From positions 33,551,644 to 33,615,643 of the forward strand of contig CM074524.1 in the NCBI GenBank assembly GCA_037379345.1: DNA of 64,000 nt. Reading direction: 5' to 3'. Every line of letters starts with the position of its first letter. The first letter of the stretch is position 1. The notes beneath the pieces are model-generated. The model searched no databases. It saw nothing but the letters and a program-made list of their open reading frames with translations, and had not been told where the DNA came from. Both the position numbers and the translations under genes were made by a program. This DNA comes from Perna viridis. Its lineage: Eukaryota. Below are positions 14,280 to 26,712 of the stretch, piece by piece.

Positions 14280-16000
14280 ACGCCCACTTCTCGGACCCTA
14301 CACCTATTGGTGTCTCTGCAGCACGGAGAGGACCTAGCATCGGATCACCGTGGCTATTATAAACCAAGCCTGCTTCGTCAGGAGTCTAACTTAGATCTTG
14401 CGCAAACGGGAATGTGTAAGAAATTCTTTGATATTTTTGTATTTGCTGTACGTAATGAGAGGTTGACAGTTTCACCTATCATAAGTCCCGAGAAAACGCT
14501 GGTATTGTGCATTGAAGATTTGTGGAAGAATTGATGAGTATTAGTTGGTTTTATGTAGCTACGTATATTAAATATTCCATCTATTTCAAAACGTTCACCT
14601 TTGTAGATGCAGGTGTCTAAGAATATTGCCTTAGAATTTGATATGTTGAATGTAAATTTTAACAATGGATGAATTGAGTTCGCAATGTCCATTTTGTGGT
14701 CCATTGTATATAAAAGATCCGTCATCTCTGTATCTTCCATAGAACAATATTTTGTTTTTGTTTCGAATCTGTTAAAGACTTGCTTTTAATAATTTTATAT
14801 GTAGTAATATCACAAATTTCAGGGCTATATTTAGAGCCATACTTGCTCCCATTACTTGACGGTAACATTTTCATTAAATTCGAAGATATTATTTTCCAAA
14901 ACGAAATTCAATAGAGTTCGAATAGACTTTGGGTTAGGGCATGGTATAGTGTAATCTGATTCTACCCTAGTTTTGTAGCTTTCTTCAACTGCGTCCAAGA
15001 ATTCTGTGAACTGTAAATTAGTATACATACCAAATCTACCAGCAGGCAATCTTTATCTGCTTTTTTAAAGTTTCGATTTTGTTGATAAAGTCTAAACTAT
15101 CTCTTATGTAACTGCTTTGTCTTTTACAATGGGGATCAGAAAGTAATCAATAAATTTGCTTATTCTTTCAGTTACCGAGTTTATTTGTGATATTATAGGC
15201 CTGCATGATGGAAATTGATCTATGTTTGCTTTTTCTTCTTTTATGTCCTTAACGATGTTTTCATCCAGTTTATGGATTTTAGGTAAAAAATATAATCTGC
15301 ATAGTCTAGGCTCATTTGCATCGATGCCACGAAAAACAAATGCGTTGACCCATCAACCTCACGGTTGTCAAATAACCGATCGATAAATTTTGACGGTATT
15401 GTGAACTTCCGATAGATTAGGAAAGTTAGTTTCTGTGTAGTGAATTGTTCCTAATTGTCATAAGCCCTCATTTATAAATTAATTCCTGTCTAAAATGCAG
15501 ATCATCGTGCTTTTATCACTTTTTGAGAAGATTACATCTGACATATTACTTAATGACTTTAACACAGACATCTGTGTTTGTGTGAAGTTTGACCTTGTAC
15601 TTGTTGATTGTATGCTTGATAATTCTATCTTGGATTGCAGTATGATTTCATTCTAATATGGGTGTATTGTGTTATCGTTATTCGTACTGAATAGATATGG
15701 ACACCTCAATTTTCTTGAATATACTTTAAGATCATTCATTATTGATTTTCTAATTTTGCAATTTGACGGTTCAGGAATGAATTTCAGTCCTTTTCCTAAT
15801 AATATTATATACAATGTATTCATCATCTGTTAGCTTCTTATTTGTAAGATTGAAAACATATTGTTTTGGTATATTGAAAAGATCTAGGCACTTTCTCTTG
15901 CGTCGCGCTTGTTTATCTTTCATACGGTTAGTAGTTTTATTTATTTTCTGAGTTCTTTTGCTTATGTTGAAATGATATAGAAATTGAACTGTGATCACAA
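14280..16000 (-). mobile_element. Decayed Penelope-like retroelement, second family (RT pseudogene)
   Basis: Fragments YVFNLTNKKLTDDEY, RLYFLPKIHK, RPIISQINS, MYTN, NIFEFN, ANSIHPLLKFT, FLDTCIYKG, YIKPTNTHQ across many stops and frameshifts. Confidence 0.85.
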
Positions 16001-18606
16001 TCCAAAGTAGAGATTAAATATGCAATAATTGACCAGAATAATGACTGTTTCAGTTTGCAATCACTAAGTGAATAAATATACATTGTGTTCGGCTTTATCA
16101 AGAAAATATTATAGCGGAATTACTACTCATTAAGGAGTCACGCCGTATGACCTAGATACCTATAGTGATGTGAAATAGAAATTCCAGATTCATAGATCAT
16201 CAAATAATATTTATTTTGACGTATAGGGAAAAACCCTTACACTAATGATTACAAAGTCCAATCACTTAAGTTTGATTTCTATGGTTCCGATTAAATTGGA
16301 AGCTGTCGTAAATTCCAAAGTTCGAAAAAACGATTAAATTGAAATGTTATGTCAATATCTATTATTTCTTCTGATTTATCCATAAGGTCTATATATTATT
16401 TCTGCCTTAAAGCTAGCCAGCCCACCCCCACCCCCACCAAAAAAATATATCTGGCTCTGTTCGGCTATAACTTATATTGATGACCCCCTGAAATCTTGGA
16501 TCCACTCGTGCCAACATTCATTAAGTAAGTATAATAAGACAAGTTCGCGTCAATTGTGTGCTAAATTTAAATATATATTACATGACATGGTTTGTTATGA
16601 CATCCTCTAGCCTTCATGTTAGTAAATATCATATGAAGTTGATATGGGAAAGGGCATTCAGTGATTTTTGTTTAATTTAGTAATTGAACATAAAGGATTA
16701 AATCTATGGTCATTTCACTGTATACTCATTTTGACATATTTTCTGTTATTTATTGGCAAAGAGAACTGAATAAATGCCCCTGTAGCTTCAGTTCTAATTT
16801 TATGATTTAATAGGTATGGACTGTACAATATACCTTTTACTGTGTATTTTGCAATGTAAAACAGACTTCTTAAAAATACAGAATTTATATGGAGAATTTG
16901 TCAAAAGACAACAACCCCACCGGATTTAAAAATGTCAGCTCAAAGCCACACATTGGTCTTCAACGAATGCGTGCGACGCGGAAACCCTCAAACAATCTGG
17001 CAGGCTACAGCTGGCCCAAAAACATTTAAATTGCAAATCGATATGAAAATAAAATAGTAAAGGCACAAAAGCTTACTCCTCGGCAATGAATGTGATGTTA
17101 AACAGAATGGTAATGAGTATAGTTAACTTCCGACTATTAATTAAACAAAAACGCACTTGATTTCTTTCGTACAAAAACATCTAAGAAATGTCAATGAATT
17201 TATTATGATATAATACAAACGCATATATTTTTCATTGAACAAACCGTTTATTCAGACTTACCTTGCAAAAATATCGATGTACTGGCTTTCACTCAATAGT
17301 AAAATATTAAATGCCTACATAAACCGCGTTGAGCCAATCAAATAGACCGGATTACTCAGATGATTTTTTGCGTATTTAAAGAAAGAAAGGGGGTGAAACT
17401 TAACTTCATCAACACTACGCTTATAATTTTGGTGTTATGCTGCTGTGTTTTTTTTTATAAAGTAAGCGTTATTGATGTGGATGTTTCAGATCTGTGGTTG
17501 ATCTCATATCGCAATGCTAGACCAAACAAATTTCATTTCTTACCGTTTAGAACAGTATGTAAAATCTATACATGTATATGTTTCGAGCATTTTTTCTGTC
17601 AATTTAGTATTTTTTTAACGATTTTTCGTTTACTTTTCGTATCGATCTTATTATTTTTCACAATGATTTAGCTATTGTAATATAGTATAAGCAACATATA
17701 TAACACTTTACATGTATAAAAAAAATACAAAAAAGAAAGAATAAAAACGCAATAACTGATTTATTTCTGTTTGAATTTCGGAAATGTTCATGCAGTATTA
17801 AAGAATAGGGGTAACAACAAAATTACCGAAACTTAATCCGATCCATGATCAAGTAAGGTCAAAAATCAATCTTACAAACAAGATATTACACCACTGGAGT
17901 ATCTGCTACCACAATGGTCCAGATTTGGTACAGTCATTTCAAACAAAATGGTGGGTTAAATCTAGGATTTAAAGGGTGCCAAATTACCATCTTCCATTGC
18001 GGCGTGAATATACCAGTGGTGAACAAATAGCATTTGCACGTTATTGTCGTAAATCAGCTGTCATATAAGCACACAGAACAATAGGATAGCAAAATATCAA
18101 ACTTTATACCATACTTAAAAGAACTGTGTTAAATGGAAGGTGTTAACACTAGTGATATGTGTATTTACAACTGCTTGGCCTAGTAAGCCCAACGCTATTA
18201 TGTAATAAAGAAAAGAGTATTGACCTCTAGCCTTAAATAAAATAACAGTTATATCAATGGGGGAAAATACATTGAGATATTGTTTGTGTGTTGAAGAAAT
18301 ATATATGGAACGCCATAGCTGCTTTATGTTGACTGATATCATTATGTTGTTATACGTGTTTATTTCAAGGTGATACTTAATATCTTTGTGGTCATACTCT
18401 TTTACTTTGTTGTGATACTTTTTCACTTTGTGGTCTTAATTTGTCCTTTTGTTATGGTACTTTTCACTTTGTGATCATACTTTTTCACATTGTTGCGGTA
18501 CTTTTTCGCTTTGTGAACATACTTTATCGTGACGCAGTGATTCGTTATGTTATAATACCTTTACATTATATGATGACATTTTCCCGTTGTGGAAATAGAC
18601 AAAAAA

Positions 18607-19870
18607 ATGGCCGAAAGCAAAATTACTGATGTGTTACAAAAAATCGGACTTGATCATTTGAATGCAAACTTCGTGAGAGAAAATAAATCACACCAAACAT
18701 AACATGTTTGCTATCAGTTGAAGAGATGAAAACATTAGGCATTTCACAAACATCAGACATGGTGAAACTTAGAACTGAATGTGTGAAATATGGTGACAAT
18801 AAATACACAACACAAAATAGATTTGATATTCCGATGTCTACTTTACACAATTTATTGGACCAAGACTTTAAAATATCAGAAACTGCAAAAATACTAGTAG
18901 TGTCAGAGCGGACAATATATCGTAGAATGATAAAATTCAGTCTAAGTAAATATGATTTTTCTCTAATTAGTGACGAGGGACTTGATGCTCCACTATTGGA
19001 AGTAACTATCCATTCTGCAGAGAAAATATGTTAAAACAAATGTATATTACGAAAGGTATACGAGTTCAAAGATGACGTCTTCGTGATTCTATTCATCGTA
19101 TATATACACATGGAGTAATTAAGCGGAAAAAGGGTAGACTTCGTCGAAGAGTTTACAATGTTATAGGCCCTAACCATCTCTGGCATGTCAATACAAATCA
19201 TAAGCTAGTTCGTTGGCGAATTATTGTTGTTGGCGGAACAGTCGGTCGCCTTGTAACTTTCCTGAAATGCTATGACAATAACACATCTAAAACTGTGTTA
19301 GAATGTTTTCTTTCAGGAGTTAACAAATTTGTTCTACCCTTAAGAATCAGATTAAATAAAGGTCTCCAAAATGTATCTATTGTAGACTTTATGTTAACTG
19401 AAAGTGGCGAAGGCAGTATAATAAATGGTACTAGCACCCATAATCAGCGTATAGAAAAACTTTGACGCGACGTTTTCGAGGGAATTTTAAGTTATTTTTA
19501 TAACTTGTTTTATCCCATTGAAGATTTGGATATACTTGACTCGTTAAATCAAGTTCATCTGGCCGCTTTACATTACATATACATGGATGAATTGAAAAGA
19601 AGATTGGAGTCTAGCCAAGCTTCATGGTCTGGTCGCAGAATTAGACTATTGCAAAATCCTGTTTGAATACCCTTTATGCAAGATTATGTAATCGATGGAT
19701 ATTTTGATGTTGCTAGCGCAGAGGAAGGTGGTCGCCCAATTCTCGAATCTTTCAGTAATTTGATAGGTGAGGAATGTAGAGAAATACTGGGAGAAGAAAT
19801 ACATCACACATACGATAATTATGCAATTGATGAATTGTATCTTGCAGTTGAGGAAAATTATCTATTCTTA
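18607..19870 (+). pseudogene. IS3EU-type DDE transposase (SAM-like + HTH + integrase core), left arm, disrupted
   Basis: MAESKITDVLQKIGL..., AKILVVSERTIYRRM (HTH), RRVYNVIGPNHLWHVNTNHKLVRW, DNNTSKTV, STHNQRIEKL*RDVF; frameshifts and stops. Confidence 0.85.
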
Positions 19871-20400
19871 TCTCTCAAAATAAGTATTAATGACTACAAG
19901 CAACAATCTCTTAATATGTACTGTAAAATATTTGAAACACTCCCCTCTAGATATGCCATTGTCTATTACCATGTTAAACTATTGTGAAGACTATGTTTAC
20001 ATACACTTGCTAAAACATGTAACAAAACTAACTACATGTAATACAAAATACTAACAGAACATTCAACAAAACTAAATTACTGGTACAAAAAAATCAGTGA
20101 GATGATGGAAACCATCTTCATTGAAAACTATGTCCGGCATTTAAAAACAGGCACATCATATCTATATAATAACAGTTCATTTATCAATTAAATACTATGT
20201 AATAAAGCCATAATGACAGCAATATACATGTACATGTATTTTACAATTTAGTGAATGTACAAAAATATGGACCCACTATCCATACCATAGGAAATTGAAA
20301 TACATTTATATCTTTCTGAAATATATTCTTGATACAGTTTTCTGTATTTTTGTACATATTTAAGGTTTATGTGAAATAAAAGGGGATGATTCTGTTTTAG

Positions 20401-20550
20401 GTGGGAGAAGGGGAATTGTATCCCTGCAGCATATACTAGAGTTGGTGACCGGAGCGTCTGAGGATTCACTTCTAGGATTTAATTCCAATCCTTCAATAGT
20501 TTGTCGAGGTCCGAGAAGACCTGAGTTTTTTTATCAACATTTAATACATG
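20401..20550 (+). pseudogene. HECT E3 ubiquitin ligase C-lobe exon remnant (G2E3-like) inside the IS3EU-like element
   Basis: After acceptor ttttag: GRRGIVSLQHILELVTGASEDSLLGFNSNPSI..FVEV..LSTFNT*, matching the HECT C-lobe L.F.TG...P..GF...LPTAxTC pattern with TGA at the catalytic Cys position. Confidence 0.6.
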
Positions 20551-21289
20551 AAATGATGTTACCCAAACCAACACCGGAAGTTGTACGACTATAGGTTGGT
20601 ATAGAAAGAAAGAGAATGTAGTGTTGTGCCACACTCCATATCCCTGCAAACTTCAACCTGCAAACTCTGCTTTTGGAGGGGTATATATAAAAATCACCCT
20701 GCCAGTCTGTCTGTTTGTCCACATTTCTTGTAAGTGCGAATCCTCCTAAGATTTTATGAAACTTTACATTAAGGAGGGACACTATATGGAGATTTGCATA
20801 AAGAAAATGAAGTTTAATTACAAAGCAACATCTTTTTCCTGCACAAAGCTTGCGAAGTAGAAGGGGGTCCCCGTGAGTGGACTCACTGTATATTTAGTTG
20901 ATATTGGGGTCAAAAGTCAACGTGTGACACCTTTTGTGAATGATAGCCTTGTTGCAAGGTGGGGGACTAGGCCACTGCATTGCTATTGTTTATTTCTATT
21001 CTTTCCCAGCAAAATATTGAACTTTACATGCGAGTTCAATTATAATATGCAGGGCTATTGTCTGATATTGATATGTGTCTAGTTACCTTTCTGCATAGAC
21101 ATGAACCATTTCATTTTTGATGTATCTGTTAATCATCTCTTTTATTTGTGAAGATTGTAAAAGTTCTATGATCTTTTTGGTTGACCATGGTTATATATAA
21201 AGCATAGATAGATAACTGGCACATTAGTTAACTGCTATTAGTCCTTTGTTTGTACATTTGTGCAATTTATAATAATTTTCTTTATTCGG

Positions 21290-21580
21290 ACATCGTCACA
21301 AAAAGTGGCTGTCACCTATAGTGATCACTCAGTCTGCTGTTAACAAACTTGTGTCCAGGCTGTAACTTTATTATCTTTCGATGTAGGCTTTTGATATTTG
21401 GCATGTGGGTAGATCATCTAACGACAATGTGTCGCGTACCATTGATAGTGGCTTATGACGTTGAACTGTGACTTCAAGGTCAAATTTCTTGTTTTTCAGT
21501 GACAAAGTCGTGTCCAGGCTGTAACTTTTTTGTCTTTCGATGTGGGCTTTAATATTTGGCATTTGGGTAGATCATCTAAA
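21290..21580. repeat. Non-autonomous element fragment with ~160-bp internal tandem repeat
   Basis: gtgtccaggctgtaacttt...tttggcat.tgggtagatcatctaa occurs twice (21351-21421, 21511-21580). Confidence 0.55.
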
Positions 21581-23399
21581 TCCATTTAGTATATATTGCT
21601 GTATTGCCAGGGCGGGGCCCACTTAGATTTATTCCATCTCAATGATTTTTAGTTTCCATTGTAACTAGGGACTCTGGCCTCTTTGAACTGATATTATGGT
21701 GTGTTTAAAAAATTTCCACAGTGGCTAAATATTAGAGGTTGAGGGTTGTGATCTTTTAACCCCGCCACATTTTTTTTTGCGACTGTACAAAGGAACTTCT
21801 GGCCTCTGTATTTCTTGTTTCATCTTCCTCTTTAGTTTATTTTTATGTTGTTTGAGTAAACAGGGGCAACTTTTTCGTTGTACTTTTGTATAATGATGTT
21901 TTTGGGTCAGGTGCAGCCTTGCAGTATGCCCTGTGGTATGTGGGGTTCCTCATCTTTCATTTTCATCCCGGGGAGGTTGTTATCTCTTTGACATAATCAC
22001 CATACCTATTTTTGTTATATCATATAGGTTTTGTGCCAAAAACTGACGAAGTCTGCAAAACTCTAGTTTTAATGTTATAAATATTGCTTTAACGTTCTAG
22101 TCACAATGTAAATCTGTTATGACTGCACATTGTAAAAGTTCTACTCTGTTACATACATAATGTAAATTGTGTGCCAAAGTTTGCCAAAGTCTTGTTTAAA
22201 TGTTATAGATAAGAAGATGTAGTTGTTTAGTTTTGTTTAATTCTCTAGTCATTATTATTCTGTTACAATAGTACATGGTAAAAGTTCTACCCCTTTTTAG
22301 CTCATCTTGCCCAGTACCAGAGTGAACCTTTGCCATCACAATGTAATCACTGTCATCTGTCTTTCATCAGTCTGTCATAAACTTTACACATTTTTGTCTT
22401 CTTACTTGGAACTGATTGACTGATTTCTAATAAAAAGTGCTCTTTGAGATGTTCTTTTCAAATAATCTTAAAATGCTTCAAAATTTTTCCACCTTTCAAG
22501 GGTATGATGTTCCAGTAGAGTAAGAGCGATTTTTGCAGAATCGTGTTCTTTGAGAACCTCTTAGTTGACATTTTGCAGCTTGCCTTGCAGAGTGAAAAAA
22601 ATTTTGCCCTCTTAAGGCATGAGTTTAAATGCCGAACATGGTTTTAAATGAAGATGGTTTCCATCATCTCACTTATATTTTGTACCAGTAATTTACTTTT
22701 GTTGAATGTTCTGTTAATATTGTGTATTACATGTAGTTATTTTTGTTATATATTTTAGCAAGTGTATCCAATCATAGTTTTCACAATAGTTTGACATGGT
22801 AATAGACAATGGCATATCTAGAGGGGAGTGTTTTAATTATGTACATGTTTAAGACATTGAGAGATTGTTGCTTGTAGTCATAAGTATTTTGAGAGATAAA
22901 ACATATGTATTTTTTTCTCAACTGCAAGTTTCTATCTCTCCATTTCCTGAACAAGCAATGGAAAGTATTGAATTCACTGAAAGGCTCATAATAGTACTTA
23001 AGTTTCAACATCAAATGAAGTTACCACTATATATCAATTGTAAAACAATGGTTGCTTGGTTTCTACTTCTTGTGTTCACGAAAATTTCCAAATCATATTT
23101 TAATTGTAATTATGGATAAAATATGCTTTTACTTTCAGCTTATCACTATTCACAAAAGAAGCAACTGAAAGAAGCTGCAATTATCAAACATCTTGCTTCC
23201 CATACAGAGAGCGATCAGATGCTTATTTACTCAGTGGTTTGTGAACAAAACTAGGTTATTTATGACTCAATTAAGTTTTTCAGCTACTTTTTGAAGTATG
23301 TCTTTTTTGCCACTTTTATGTCTTTTCTTGGAGATATTTGCCATTTCAGTTTTTGTTCGTATATGGCAAAGATAATTAACAAAGTAATCGACAAATCTT

Positions 23400-24206
23400 A
23401 TTCACACTGCCTTTGCATCTTTCAGTTAAACATAAAGTCTGCAATGGATACATTTTGGAGACCTTTATCAGATCTGACACTTTAGGTAGACCAAATTAGT
23501 CCAAACTCCACAAAGAAAGCATTCTAACACAGTTTTTGGATGACTTATTGTCATAGTGTTTCAGAAAGGTTACAATGCGACTGGAACCGTCTATTCCGTC
23601 AACAACAATAAATCGCCAACAAACTAGCTTATGATTTGTATCGACGTGCCAGAGATAGTTAGGGCCTATAACATTGTAAACTATTCGATGAAGTTTACTC
23701 TACTTCCGCTCACTTACTCAATATGCATCTATGCGATGAATAGAATCACGGAGACGACATCTTTGAACTCGTAATTAACATTAGTTTTAACATATTTTCT
23801 CCGCAGAGTGGATAGTTCTTCGTTATTTCAAACAGTGCAGCATGAAGTCCCTCGTCACTATTTAGAGAAAAAATCATATTTACTTAGACTGAATTTTAAT
23901 GACATTCTATGATATACTCTCCGCTCTGACACTACTAGTATTTTGCAGTTAATGATAGTTTAAAATCTTGGTCCCGTAAATTTGTAAAGTAGATATCGGA
24001 ATATCAAATATACTTTATGTTGTGTATTTATTGCCACTCAGTTCTAAGTTTCACCATGTCTGATGTTTGTGAAATGCCTAATGTTTTCATCTCTTCAGCT
24101 GATAGCAAACATTATGCCTGGTGTGATTTTTTTCTGTCACGAAGTTTGCATTCAAATGAACAAGTCCGATTTGTTGTAATACATCAGTAATTTTAGGTTC
24201 GGCCAT
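23400..24206 (-). pseudogene. IS3EU-type DDE transposase, right arm, disrupted and internally deleted
   Basis: Reverse-complement copy of the left-arm gene; retains WHVDTNHKL, GIDGSSR and VRSDKG. Confidence 0.85.
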
Positions 24207-24294
24207 TTTTTTTTCTATTACAAAAAGCGGGAAAATGTCGTCATATTATTTAAAGGTATTACAACATAACGAATCACTGCGCCACGATAAAGAC

Positions 24295-24590
24295 CATAAA
24301 GCGAAAAAGTACCACAACGAAGTGAGAAAGTATAACCACAAAGTGAAAAAATACCACAACAAATTGAAAAAGTATCACCACAAAGTGAAGAAATACCACA
24401 ACAAACCGAAAAAGTACAACAAAAGTGAAAAAGTATCACCACGAAGTGAAAAGGTACCAATACAAAGTGAAAAAGTATCACCACAAAATGAAGAAGTACC
24501 ACAACAAAGCGAAAAAGTACCACAACTAACAAAGAGAAAAAGTATCAGCACAAAGTGAAAAAGTACCACAACAAAGTGAAGAAGTGAGAC
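24295..24590. repeat. ~21-bp subterminal tandem repeats (aaagtgaaaaagtaccacaac) of the IS3EU-like element; mirror array at 18370-18530
   Basis: Degenerate tandem array; source of spurious ORFs 24218..24532, 24235..24558 and 24375..24593. Confidence 0.85.
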
Positions 24591-25158
24591 CACGAGATAA
24601 TGATATCAGCCAAGATAAGGCAGCTATGGCGTTCCGTTCCATAGAAATACATACACTTGTAATGGGAGGTATTGTATTGAAAATCAAGTCGTTTGTCATT
24701 GTTGTTCTGACTACAAAAGTAATTTAAAAGGTGTTTTTATGGTTGTATATGACAGAGATGTTTTTTCTCTCCATACATGTATACATGTAACGAGCCTTGT
24801 GATTAGTTAATAAAATATCTTATTTTGATAGTTTTACTAAAGTATAAATAACCTAATCACTAGATGAAATGAAATACATCTCATATATTTTAATGGATTT
24901 AAGTAAACCCTTCCATCGATGGCGTGAAATCTTTCACTACAAAAATGAAAAGCCTATGGATTATCTCAAAATGCACTTAAATTCATTAAAACTACCTTCC
25001 TGACAGACAACAATCAGTGAAACTTGGTACAGCACTGAGTGAATGGGAGAATATCTACAAAGGGTTTATATATGTGATTTATGAAGATCACCAAAGTAAA
25101 TATCAACAATTACTAGAAACATATAAATTGCAAACATTATAAATCAGACACATGAGAA

Positions 25159-25441
25159 AGAGTAATCAATGGAACCGAAGTTATAGCGGTAATCAAAAGA
25201 ATGTAATCCAGGGACAAAAAGCCAGACATAGAAAACAGACATACACAACAAAGAACATAAAGTAACTAAACATACATACAAAGTAACAAAAGCAAATGAG
25301 CAACTCGGACTCCACTAAAAATTGGGAGCATGGACCAGGTGCACCAGTACGGTAAGAGTCCTCTGCCTTTCTAGAAACACCCGCCGAGTTGCTAATAAAA
25401 GTCAAGTCCGGGGTAGACAAACGAAGAAAGGAAAACTATGG
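25159..25441 (-). mobile_element. Solo 3' UTR/terminal fragment of the Naiad-type PLE, copy 3
   Basis: Highly similar to 8368-8636 and 41888-42109; same 3' end. Confidence 0.85.
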
Positions 25442-26192
25442 CAATCAAAGTATTTAACATCATACACAAAAGACGTCCATCATACTAATATGACATAATG
25501 AACATTGAAAACACCAATTACACTTTAAGGTACCAGCATTTAGCAGCAGTTCCATCAGTAAGAACAACCACATAAAGGCATACAATCATTCAAGTATACT
25601 GCGGTATGGAAAGAGCTGCACAACCACTTTGGACTTCTTTTAGTTAGTTTTAATGCATGGAATGGCAGCTCATGCAACTTAGCTTCATGTTCTTTGTTAA
25701 AAGTTGTGCTGTTGTGTTGTTGTTAATTTTATATTACTTGCTTATATTACTGTCTGATCAGTTTATCAATACGAACTGTTTAATGTACATATTGCTAGCT
25801 GCTTTATTATAAAGCCTTTATTTAATCTCAGTTCATTTCTGCATTTGCATGTTTGTCTTGTGGGGATGAACAAAGTGTAACATTACAAATGCTGCCATTT
25901 TATCTACTTGCTTTGTTGCTTTGTGTGTGTTTGATACTGTATGTCTTGTATGCTAAGTATATTATTGTTCTGTTATACATGTTGATTGTAAAAGCTCATT
26001 TTTGTGTTGTGATGTTTAATATGTACCTACTTCAAATATAGCTTTTCTGACTTTGAACTTTAGAAAAGCTAATAATATACAAATAAAAAATCTTTTTTAC
26101 AAAAATATTTATTCAAACATTTGTACCGTGCAAAATAAATTACCGCAAAGACATATGTATAATAGTGTTACTATGCAGATGAAGCATTAACA

Positions 26193-26712
26193 GCCCCGTG
26201 CAGGTCCGGGTGATAAACGAATAGGCCTGCAGCAGCGCTAAGCTTGTCGTAAAAGACGACTTAATAGTGCTCAGAACCCTAGCCGGGGGCTAGGGCGCTC
26301 TGCCCACAGAGCAACTGGGATGTGTGCCCCAGGTGGTGGAATGGGATACCCCTGGCGTCTTACATACTGGGGTTGTCAGGCTATAATACGGAAAACCTGA
26401 CCGCAAACCATAGTGGTGCACCGTGTTGGGAAAGATACTACGTTCCTTGCACGTTAAAGAACCCTACTGTGGTATTCTCATGGAGTAGGAACCATAGGGC
26501 TCCGCCACAGGAGGCTAAATTGCCCGACCCTACCCACCTCTCCCTATTTCCAGTGGCAATCAAAATTTGTCGACCCCATTATCCTTGTGTCCTATCCCTT
26601 TTTCACTCCATCATCATTTCATGTTCATTTTATCATTAATTTCATGTTCAACGTCTGAATATAGCTGAAATATTGCTGCTCGGACGTTAAACCCCAACAA
26701 ACAAACAAACAA
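26193..26712 (+). mobile_element. Full-length 520-bp SINE-like retroposon (structured non-tRNA head, Meta-like core, (CAAA)n tail), copy A
   Basis: 12-bp TSD gaagcattaaca (26181-26192 / 26713-26724); core motif ...ccgtgt...gcacgttaaagaaccc; two further copies in window. Confidence 0.9.

Larger units (their letters stand above)
18302..24643. mobile_element. IS3EU-like DNA transposon in fold-back (composite) form: inverted ~1.9-2.0 kb arms 18302-20155 and 22618-24643 around a 2.5 kb spacer
   Basis: Both ends start tatggaac(g)...ccatagctgc; arms are reverse complements; both carry ~21-bp subterminal repeats and transposase remnants; direct repeat gaaata at 18296-18301 and 24644-24649. Confidence 0.8.

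Noticed and set aside
14340-14385. CCTGACGAAGC after the second PLE ORF as a hammerhead ribozyme
   Set aside because: No GAAA after the putative stem II; at most a broken remnant
26322-26639. ORFs in the SINE-like copies (also 58474..58740 and 58679..59044)
   Set aside because: Frames are not conserved between copies; non-coding repeat
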